Of a DNA stretch of 64,000 nt, positions 53,825 to 64,000 are shown piece by piece. The first letter of the stretch is position 1. Every line of letters begins with the position of its first letter. The stretch is from Octopus sinensis (Eukaryota). The position numbers and the translations under genes were made by a program. Where the stretch lies: assembly GCF_006345805.1 (NCBI RefSeq), contig NC_043006.1, positions 44,330,001 through 44,394,000 on the forward strand, in the 5' to 3' direction. The notes beneath the pieces were generated by a model that was not told the origin of the DNA, ran no database searches, and saw nothing but the letters and a program-made list of their open reading frames with translations.

Positions 53825-53949
53825 ATATAGGAGAGAGAGAGCTTTTGAGGGAAAGTATGTTGTTGATGAAATTAATCCAAGTACCTGATTGACACTTTAT
53901 TTTATCAATCCTTTCTCCCCTTCATTGAATGCATAAGAATCTGAGTTTA

Positions 53950-54190
53950 ATCTCATACTCTTCCATTTTGAATTACAGAAAATGATATTGCTGGACATTA
54001 GTCTAATGTTAATTGGTGACTTTCCATTGTTCTCTTTGATCAATATCTCCATCTTAATAACATCAATGGTTCTAATTATTCAAATTGGATATCATATCTT
54101 TGAAATTGGTATTGATATTATTCAAACCTATATCTTTTCTCTTTTAATTATCTTTATACCTTGGTAATTACCAATAAATATTCTAATATA
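53950..54190 (+). pseudogene. atp6: NUMT: mitochondrial atp6 3' fragment, copy 1
   Basis: HTLPF*ITENDIAGH...LIGDF...IQIGYHIFEIGIDIIQTYIFSLLI matches the ATP6 RxxANxxAGH helix and the C-terminal FExxxxIIQxYxFxLL motif. Confidence 0.8.
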
Positions 54191-54430
54191 AATAGTTATT
54201 CTGTTTTATATTAGCATTTAAACAGGCTGTATCTGGTCCAAATATTTTACCTGTTTTAGGTTCAAACTGACCAGATCCAGCCTCTCACACCTACCTGACA
54301 ATGTCGTTCTAAATATAAACAATCACATCATAGAGGTTTTTAAGCTGTGAGATAATGCAGGATAAATACAACATAATGTGAATGAATAAGCAACACATTC
54401 GACAGAGTAATCTGAATGTTAAAAGGCTAA

Positions 54431-54690
54431 CCTCATACCCTTGCATTTTAAATCACAGCAAATATTAGCAAATATTAGCCGGACATATTAGTCTAAATTT
54501 AATTGGTGACTTTCTATCCTTGTCTTTGATCAAGATCTCCATCTTAATAACATCAATTGCTCCACTTATTATTATTCAAAGTGGATACTTTGTCTTTGAA
54601 ATTGATATTGCTATTATTCAAAGCTACACCTTTTCTCTTTTAATTACCTTATACTCTGATAATTACCAAAGGATAACCTAATTAAACAAT
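54431..54690 (+). pseudogene. atp6: NUMT: mitochondrial atp6 3' fragment, copy 2
   Basis: PHTLAF*ITANIS..(A)GHISLNLIGDFL...IQSGYFVFEIDIAIIQSYTFSLLITLYSDN; 11-bp duplication gcaaatattag at 54458-54479. Confidence 0.85.
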
Positions 54691-55222
54691 TATTCTTGAT
54701 TATAGTACTGGAAAGATGAAATCCGAGGGAAGATTTGAACTCAGAACATGAAAGACCTTAAATACCAGCAAGGAATTTTCACCAACACTTTATCAATTTT
54801 TGCTTAATAACAACAACAATATCTAGGATAGTCCCAATGCTACAAATTTAAGTCAAGTGTGCATTTACATATATTTGACTCCAGCACAAGATTGATACTT
54901 ATTTTGTCCCAAGTGGATGAAAGACAAAGTCAGCTCCAGAATGATTTGAACTAAAAATGTACGGAATTAGTAGTAACTAAATACTGCTAAGTGCTTTGTC
55001 TGGCACTCTTTCAATTTACCTACCTACCATATTCTAGCAGATTATTATAATAACAGTTCCTTTTATCTAGGATGAAGTCAATTTTGTATGAGGGAGGAAA
55101 ATTAAAGTTAAATGTTTTGACCTGATGATATTTCTAGTACACTTATTATTATTATTGTTATTGTTATCGTTGTTGTTGTTATTAAAATGATGATGATGAA
55201 GATAATAATAATAATAATAATA

Positions 55223-55260
<38 letters not shown>

Positions 55261-55263
55261 GTA

Positions 55264-55362
<99 letters not shown>

Positions 55363-56754
55363 TAGTTTTATTTTTATTGTGTGCTTTCACTTCACTACTG
55401 AGCACAGCTCTGTGTGCCTTGGTTATGTGCTGAGGTTTGCTGTGATGCTTTTATGGTTACTGCATTGAAAGTGTTTTGCGTAGGATGTGTCTAATGCCCA
55501 GTAGTGCAATTTTATATATATTTGTAAGTCCCGGTGTTTTTGTTATATTTTTGTCTGAATATTTGTTATCATACCTTATGCATTGACTATCATAGGAATT
55601 GTTTCTGTTTTTAGGTGGTGATGGTGATGATGATATGGTGATAATGGTGATGGTGATGGTGATGATGATGATGATGATGGGCTCTGCCAGTATATATCAA
55701 CATATTATCATGAAAGAAAAAGAAGAGATTGATAAATATGGTGACTAACAATATTTTTTTAAAATTTAAGGTGGGAAACTGAAAGAATTGTTAGCATGCC
55801 AGGTGAAAATGCTTAGCAGCATTTCATCCATCTTTAGGTTTTGAGTTCAAATTCCACCTGGGTCGATTTTGCCTTTCATCCTTTCGGTGTGGATAAAATA
55901 AGTACCAGCTGAGCACTGGGGTCAATGTAATCAACTTAAGGCTTTCCCAAGAAATTGCTGTGCTTGTACCAAAATTTGAAACCAATATTTTCTCAAATAA
56001 ATCTGTTGCAGAAATGTCTGTGTGGTTGTTGGGTGTGACAGTTCTTCAAACTAGTACTTCATCAAATTTCTAGACACTTATAAAATAAGTCCTCTGCTTC
56101 TAACACAGCTGGCTGAAAGGAAAGTCAATCCCATCATAATTTGAACTTTAAAGGTAAATGAGATGTAACCAGATACAGTTTCTGTTGCTGTGAAACCACT
56201 GTTCATTTCCTAATTGCTAATAAAGTAATATACATGAATGTACCGCACCATTTTGTGTGGTTCACTTCCTTCTTGAATAAAAGACAGCTAATTTTTGTTT
56301 TATTAATTCGAAAACATTCTTCCCTTCTATAACCGTTCTAATCCATGTTGCCACTATCCTTCAAATATCTGAAATGCCAATTCTTCTCCGACTTCAGATT
56401 TACTGTCATTGTAACACTTCAAACCCATAAGGCAGCGACTGCTGCAGCTGCTGCCTCTGTCGGCACCAGTGCCATCACCTTCCTCCACCTTCATCTCAAT
56501 AATTCAGTGTTTGGGATTGGATAGGTCATTAAACTAAAGGAATAAAGAGGTGGGTGCAGGAGTTGAGATAAATCACATAGGTAAGGGTGGTGATGACGGC
56601 AGCAGCAATGGTGGTGGAAGGAGTAAAGTTTGAGAGTGGTTTGAAAGGAACAAGATTATAATCTCTCAAAGACCAGATAACAATTTTTTAGTTGTTGTTG
56701 AGAAGGAAAATGGGTATGCAACATTGAACTGGAACCAGAGTGAAAAAGGATATA

Positions 56755-56785
<31 letters not shown>

Positions 56786-57229
56786 TGCACACACATTCTA
56801 ATGCTGTTTTTTTTTTTTTACTTCCTTTACAAATTATTTTATACTACAATGGTTAAATTCATATCTATGTTACCCTTTTAAAATGAGTTTAAATCAGACC
56901 CATATCAGACATTGCATGCAGTATGAATTCAAAAGGGATGTTTCATGTTTCAGCAATGGAAGCAGCAAGAAATATTTCTTTAAAGCGGTGAGCTGTCAGA
57001 AATGTTAGCACACCAGGCGAAATGCTTAGTGGTATTTCGTCCATCTTTATGTTCTGAGTTAAAATTCCGCCAAGGTCGACTTAGCCTTTCATCCTTTTGA
57101 GGTCGATTAAATAAGTACCAGTTATGCACTGGGGTCATTGTAATCGACTTAACCCCCTTTATTTGTCCTTGCTTGTCCCCTCTATGTTTAGCCTCTTGTG
57201 GGCAATAAAGAAATAAGAAATATTTGTTT

Positions 57230-58900
57230 TGTCCATGGAAATGAAGCTTTAAGTGGCCAGGTCTATCAATAATGAGCTTCTGAAAATAGTAGCTGAGGAA
57301 AACCCCAAGCAAACTGTACAAGAATTAGTGAAACAGTTCGAGTCACACTTCAATCATAAAACACCATAGTGATTGAGGAAATATATCTAAACATGGTCAG
57401 TGGCTCCCTCATCACCTGACTGCTTCTCTTCTTAACCCTTTCATTAATATATTTATTTTGAGATGCTCTATGTTTCTTTCAATTACTTTAAATATAACAA
57501 AGAATTTAGTAAAATAAGTTAGTTATCATTAAGCTAGTGTTAGGAACATAAATTGTGACTAAGGTTTGGTGGAAGATTTTAATTCGAAACTTATGAAAAC
57601 AAGATATTTGTACTACAAAGCCAGAGCCAGTTTCAGCCAGGTTGGAAACGAAAGGGTTAATCAAAGAGTTGCCATCCCCTTGTCATTGAAGAGTAGACTT
57701 GCTATCAAACCTTTCCTGGGTATAGCCATCATAAATAATGACAAGTGGGTTCCCTACTATCATAATCAACAAAAATGACAATGATCGGTACCCAATGAAA
57801 AAGGAGAATCCATCCCCCAAACCAGGACTACAGTAAAAATAAGTTATGCTCTGTGTTGGTGGGATGTGACGGTTGTCGTCCATTATGAAGTGTTAACCCT
57901 TTAGCATCTAGATTGAATTGTATCATAAATCTTAATTATTGACATTGTTTTGAATTAATCAGGCATTATCTTGTACTTTTAAGATTTCGATGATGCGATG
58001 ATAAAAAGCACCCACTACACTCTCGGAGTGGTTGGCATTAGGAAGGGTATCCAGCTGTAGAAACACTACCAGATCAGGATTGTAGCCTGGGACAGCCATC
58101 TGGTTCACCAGCCCTCAGTCAAAATCGTCCAACCCATGCTAGCATGGAAGGCGGATGCTAAACGATGATGATGATGATGACTTTGTAAGGTAAGTGTGAG
58201 AGACCCAATCTGGTTAGTTTGAACTTACAGCAGGGAGAATATTTTGGTTGGATTTGGCCTGTTTAATCCTTTAGCATTCAGATTACTCTGTCAAATGTAA
58301 TGTTTATTTATCCAAATTATTTTCAACTAATCATTTATCATCTCGTAGCTTTGAGATTTTAGTGATGTGATTGTTTATTTTTTGAATGACATTGTAGGAT
58401 AGGCATGAAAGGATGAATCTGGTTGGTTTGAACATAAAACAGGTGGAATATTTTGGCCAGATTTCGCCAGTTTAGATACTAAAGAGTTAAACCTAAATGA
58501 AACAGGTTGATGCAGAGAAGTACTGACATCAATTGGAAGCATTGCTGAAAATGTGTCCATCATTGGTCAGTTGTAAAAGAATGTTGCTCTTACACATGAA
58601 AATGCAAGACCACATATTGCACAAGTCACTGAGTAAACCATTATAGTACTAAGTATGGAACTTTTACCTGATCATCCATACAGTCTCGACCTTCCTCCAT
58701 CTGAATAGCATCTTTTCAGATTGTTGCAACATTATTTAGAGGGAAAAAGATATCTTAATTGCGAAGAGGTTGAAAATTATATGGAGTGATTCTTCGCTTC
58801 AAAACATGAAGACTTTTACATGTGAGGAATCAGCAATTTGCCAAATAGATAGGATTATCTTATGGATAATGAGGGGAAATATTCTCTTGATTAAATATAT
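57230..58900 (+). mobile_element. Old mariner transposase fragmented by nested MITE and SINE insertions
   Basis: Fragments: NDKWVPYY..KPGL..KVMLCV-WDVT.VVHYEVL (57730-57895) and HENARPHIAQVT..LPDHPYSLDLPPSE*HLFRLLQHYL (58580-58740). Interrupted by TTAA MITEs at 57436-57656, 57893-58266 and 58263-58491 and a family C SINE at 58005-58180. Confidence 0.75.
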
Positions 58901-58988
58901 CATTCAAGATCAAAGAAGCATTCATTGCTTCCCCCATCTTGAAATGCAACAGGACTCTTTCTTTCTAAGCTAAAAGATTTATATATAC

Positions 58989-59035
<47 letters not shown>

Positions 59036-59379
59036 GATGCATATATACATATGTATGTATGTATGTATGTATGTATGCATGCATATAATTGGCTTCTGTA
59101 AAATATTGGTTTCAAATTTTGGCATAAGGTTCGTAACTTCAGGGGAGGGGGTAGGACAATAACATCAACCCCAGTTTTCAACTGGTACTTTTACTGATCC
59201 CAAAAGGATAAAGGATGAAGTTGACCTCAGTGAAATTTCAAACATTATCGAATTACACACACACACACATATATTTAGGGGTGCAGTGCTGCACTAATAA
59301 CCAGCTGGCAGAAGATCTGCCTGGGGTTAAACTAGTAGTAACATAAAACAGCCACATTCATGTGGCAATTAACTTGACT

Positions 59380-59415
<36 letters not shown>

Positions 59416-59421
<6 letters not shown>

Positions 59422-59896
59422 TTGTATACTGTCAACTTAATGTGACAGTCCTAGGAAGAGAACCACACTACTGCTATTTAACCCTAGGAAGCAGCAACGC
59501 TTCCTGTTGGCCTTGACACATTTCATGTATCCTTATGTTTACAAGGGGAGAGATAAGCACCAACACCCAGCTAAGCCTGCATCCAGAAACTAGTTTCTGG
59601 GTCTTTGCTCATCATCAGTCTGGAGTAGCATAGCCTGCTATTTGGAGATGCCTATCTAGCTCTTGTAAACATATAAGAATGCCAGTGAAATAATCCACTG
59701 ATTACAAAAATTGAAATAATACATTTCTAAATCTCTCAGAGAGATATATGCAGTAGTGGTACGATAGAGTAGTTGTATACTGTCAACTTAATGTGATACC
59801 CTTCATGAGACTGTCACATTAAGTTGACAGTATACAACTACTCTATTGTACCTCTACTGCATATATCTCTCTGAGATATTTAGAAATGTATTATTT
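59416..59896 (-). mobile_element. ~351-bp HHR-bearing monomer with partial tandem repeat and inverted 5' duplicate
   Basis: gagtagttgtatactgtcaacttaatgtga at 59416 and 59767; hairpin arms 59714-59796 and 59814-59896. Confidence 0.75.
59583..59623 (-). ncRNA. Type I hammerhead ribozyme
   Basis: CCAGA-CTGATGA-TGAGCAAAGACCCA-GAAAC-TA-GTT-TCTGG. Stem I perfect, stem III palindromic (AACTAGTT), one mismatch in stem II. Confidence 0.8.
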
Positions 59897-61143
59897 ATAT
59901 ATATATATAAATTATATATCATCATCATCATCATCAGCAGCAGCAGCAGACATTAAACGATGAGGATGATAATGATGATGATATATAATTTATATATATC
60001 TATGTATATATGTGTATGTATGTGTATGTGTGTGTATGTATGTGTGTATTTATGAGTGGTTTCCATAAAATATTCATAATAAATATCACTTTTTGCCTCC
60101 AAGTTTCTAGTTCTCTGAAACAAGATATTCTTCTACATTATCAAAAGCTTATCTTAACAACAAGAGAGAAAGAGAAAGTGATGAATCATGGACCAGACAA
60201 ACTACTGGAGTTGATACAATTATGAACCATAAACTCTTGAAATCCTTAAATTCCTTTTATGGTTTCAATCTTTTCACTGCGACCATATTGTGGAACTGTC
60301 GTCAAGGTCATTTTTTTTTTTTAGTCGATTACATACTTAGTCAACTATTTTTTCCATAATTGAAAATTATCTATTGATTTATTGAATGACTAAGTCTTCC
60401 TTGGCATAGAAGACATATAATGATATGACAAGGTAATTTTATTTGACTTATTGATTTATACTAATATGTACTTACATATGCCCACGCACATACTTAAACA
60501 GACACATACGCCTCTTAAAACAAGCCAAGTTTTAAGTAAAAGAATATAAAACACTATACTCATATCATGCGTTGAGTACAAAATTTGAAAGAAGTCCTCT
60601 TCAACTAAACCAAATTCAAAGAAGATAATACAAAATTTTATATTTAGATGTATAGGCGCAAGAGTGGCTGTGTGATAAGTAGCTTACTTACAAACCACAT
60701 GGTTCCGGGTTCAGTGCCACTGTGTGGCACCTTGGGCAAGTGTCTTCTACTATAGCCTTGGGCTGACCAAAGCCTTGTGAGTGGATTTGGTAGACAGAAA
60801 CTGAAAGAAGCCCGTCATATATATGTATGGTGGCACGTAAAAAGCACCAATCCGATCGTGGCCGTTGCCAGCCTCATCTGGCACGTAAAAAGCACCCACT
60901 ACACTCACGGAGTGGTTGGCGTTAGGAAGGGCATCCAGCTGTAGAAACACTGCCAGATCAGACTGGAGCCTGGTGCAGCCTTCTGGCTTCCCAGATCCCC
61001 GGTCGAACCGTCCAATCCATGCTAGCATGGAGAACAGACGTTAAACGACGATGATGATGATGATGATGATGATATATATATATATGTATATGTGTATGCA
61101 TATATATATATATTATTTAAAAGCAGCATAAATATAACAAAAG

Positions 61144-61182
61144 CTGTTATTCAGAGTTTAATGTTCCTGTTTGTCAGACAGT
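61144..61182 (-). ncRNA. Decayed hammerhead remnant
   Basis: CTGT-CTGACAA-acaggaacatt-AAAAC-TCTGAA-TA-ACAG. Stem I intact, core mutated. Confidence 0.45.
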
Positions 61183-61269
61183 TTTAAATAAAGCAATTAC
61201 CCTACCTATTGGTATTTGGTATTTGAGTACTCTTTATTTCCATCTTGTTTCACATTATGTGCTTACTCC

Positions 61270-61334
<65 letters not shown>

Positions 61335-64000
61335 GAGGGCATAATTATACATACATGCCAGGAGGCATTATATATACATGCCGAACGCTAAGAGGGACAA
61401 TCAGTCATTTCTACCAAAAATATTACTAATCCCCCGAATGCAATTTTTCAAAGTAAGACATTTAAAAATATAGGCCTGTATCACAGTGATTTCATACTAC
61501 GTAATCATCAGCAGGCCTGAATGTATTATAAATAAACAACGACCTGCCTCGCTTAGCCGAACAGCTAACTGATCAACATCAACGAAGCACATGGGTGAGT
61601 TTATATATATTACATCCGGATGAATGGCAAACTTTTACAAAATTGCATTTCGGGAGAGGAAAAGTTTTTCGGAATAAAAATTTTGCAATTAAGGGACAAC
61701 TACTTAATAAGGAAAACTTAACAAGAAATTGTCAGGTAGATAGCGTAAAAACCTCATAAGAGAAAAAATTTCGAAAATAATTATTTCTTATTGACATATT
61801 AATTTATATATAGAGAGGGCATAATTATACATACATGCCAGGAGGCATTTATATACATGCCGAACGCTAGAGGGACAATCAGTCATTTCTACAAAAATAT
61901 ACTAATCCCACCGAATGCAATTTTTCAAAGTAAGACTTTAAAAATATAGGCCTGTATCACAGTGATTTCATACTTACGTAATCATCAGCAGGCCTGAATG
62001 TATATAAATAAACAAGACCCTGCCTCGCTTAAGCCGAACAGCTAACTGATCAACATCAACGAAGCACATGGGTGAGTTATATATATACATCCGGGTGAAT
62101 GGCAAACTTTTACAAAATTGCATTTCGGGAGAGGAAAAGTTTTTTCGGAATATAAAAATTTTGCAATTAAGGACACTACTTAATAAGGAAAACTTAACAA
62201 GAAATGTCAGGTAGATAGCGTAATAACCTCATAAGAGAAAAAATTTCGAAAATAATTATTTCTTAGAACATATTAATTTATATATAGAGGGCATAATTAT
62301 ACATACATGCCAGGAGGCATTATATATACATGCGAACGCTAAGAGGGACAATCAGTCATTCTACCAAAAATATTCTAATCCCACCGAATGCAATTTTTCA
62401 AAGTAAGACATTAAAAATATAGGCCGTATCACAGTGATTTCATACTTACGTAATCATCAGCAGGCCTGAATGTCTTATAAATAAACAACGACCCTGCCTC
62501 GCTTAAGCCGAACAGCTAATGATCAACATCAACGAAGCACATGGGTGAGTTTATATATATTACATCCGGGTGAATGGCCTAATATAATTAATTATGTTCA
62601 ATAAGAAATAATTATTTTCGAAATTTTTTCTCTTATGAGGTTTTTACGCTATCTACCTGACAATTTCTTGTTAAGTTTTCCTTATTAGTAGTTGTCCTTA
62701 ATTGCAAAATTTTTATTCCGAAAAAACTTTTCCTCTCCCAAATGCAATTTTGTAAAAGTTTGCCATTCACCTGGATGTAATGTAATATATATAAACTCAC
62801 CATGTGCTTCGTTGATGTTGATCAGTTAGCTGTTCGGTCTTAAGCGAGGCAGGGTCGTTGTTTATTTATAATACATTCAGGCCTGCTGATGATTACGTAA
62901 GTATGAAATCACTGTGATACAGGCCTATATTTTTAAATGTCTCTTACTTGAAAAAAATTGCATTCGTGGGATTAGTATATTTTTGGTATAGAAATGACTG
63001 ATTGTCCCTCTTAGCGTTCGGCATGTATATATAATGCCTCCTGGCATGTATGTATAATTATGCCCTCTATATATAAATTAATATGTTCAATAAGAATAAT
63101 TATTTTCGAAATTTTTTTCTATATGAGGTTTTTACGCTATCTACCTGACAATTTCTTGTTAAGTTTTCCTTATTAGTAGTTGTCCTTAATTGCAAAATTT
63201 TTATTCCGAAAAAACTTTCTCTCCCGAAATGCAATTTTGTAAAAGTTGCCATTCCACCCGGATGTAATATATATGTAAACTCACCCATGTGCTTCGTTGA
63301 TGTTGATCAGTTAGCTGTTCGGCTTAAGCGAGGCAGGGTCGTTGTTTATTTATAATACATCAGGCCTGCTGATGATTACGTAAGTGAAATCACTGTGATA
63401 CAGGCCTATATTTTTAAATGTCTTACTTTGAAAAATTGCATTCGGTGGGATTAGTAATATTTTTGGTAGAAATGAAATGAATGATTGTTCCTCTTAGCGT
63501 TCGGCATGAATATAATGCCTCCTGGCTGTATGTATAATTAGCCCTCTATATATAAATAATATGTTCAATAAGAAATAATTATTTTCGAAATTTTTTCTCT
63601 TATGAGGTTTTACGCTATCTACCTGACAATTTCTTGTAAGTTTTCCTATTAAGTAGTTGTCCTTAATTGCAAAATTTTTATTCCGAAAAAACTTTTCCTC
63701 TCCCGAAAGTGCAATTTTGTAAAAGTTGCCATTAACCCGGATGTAATATATATAAACTCACCCATGTGCTTCGTTGATGTTGATCAGTTAGCTGTTCGGC
63801 TTAAGCGAGGGGCAGGGTCGTTGTTTATTTATAATACATTCAGGCCTGCTGATGATTACGTAAGTATGAAATCACTGTGATACAGGCCTATATTTTTAAA
63901 TGTCTTACTTTGAAAAATTGCATTCGGTGGTGGGATTAGTAAATTTTTGGTAGAAATGACTGATTGTCCTCTTAGCGTTCGGCATGTATATATAATGCCT
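61335..64000. repeat. ~480-bp tandem array (about 2.6 units forward, then 3 or more inverted), one HHR per unit
   Basis: Forward units start at 61335, 61815 and 62287. Inversion at ~62577-62590. Inverted units end at 63067 and 63546 and continue past the window end. Confidence 0.95.
62879..62926 (+). ncRNA. Type I hammerhead of the 480-bp repeat (representative copy)
   Basis: AGGCCTG-CTGATGA-T-TAC-GTAA-GTA-T-GAAA-TCAC-T-GTGA-TA-CAGGCCT. Other copies at 63362-63407(+), 63842-63889(+), 61472-61518(-), 61948-61995(-), 62421-62467(-). Confidence 0.85.

Noticed and set aside
61545-61600. gccgaacagctaactgatcaac within the 480-bp unit as a possible opposite-strand ribozyme
   Set aside because: Lacks GAAA and CUGANGA in a foldable order.
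63100-63288. 62-aa ORF in the satellite
   Set aside because: Not preserved in the other units; incidental.

Overview
Eukaryotic, AT-rich, repeat-saturated DNA, most likely octopus. That is an inference from the SINE families, the microsatellite density and a cephalopod-like ATP6 numt. No host protein-coding gene can be called confidently, and nearly all ORFs in the track are microsatellite or TE artefacts. Contents: dozens of tRNA-derived SINE copies from several families, a CR1-clade LINE, a Penelope-like element (PLE; RT + GIY-YIG) and further PLE remnants, R4-type RLE LINE tails, mariner/Tc1 relics, piggyBac-, hAT- and Helitron-like MITEs, and two diverged copies of a mitochondrial atp6 fragment. 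The main hidden signal is RNA-level: about 19 hammerhead-ribozyme (HHR)-like folds, intact or decayed, in several distinct repeat families. They include a ~480-bp tandem array at 61.3-64 kb with one type I HHR per unit (retrozyme-like), a ~351-bp HHR monomer, a tRNA-head + HHR chimera, and fold-back palindromes of about 180-820 bp. All five HHR-bearing fold-backs share one polarity: the inverted copy lies 5' of the ribozyme-sense strand, as expected for PLE-driven integration. Long-read assembly artefacts remain an alternative explanation for some inversions and duplications.
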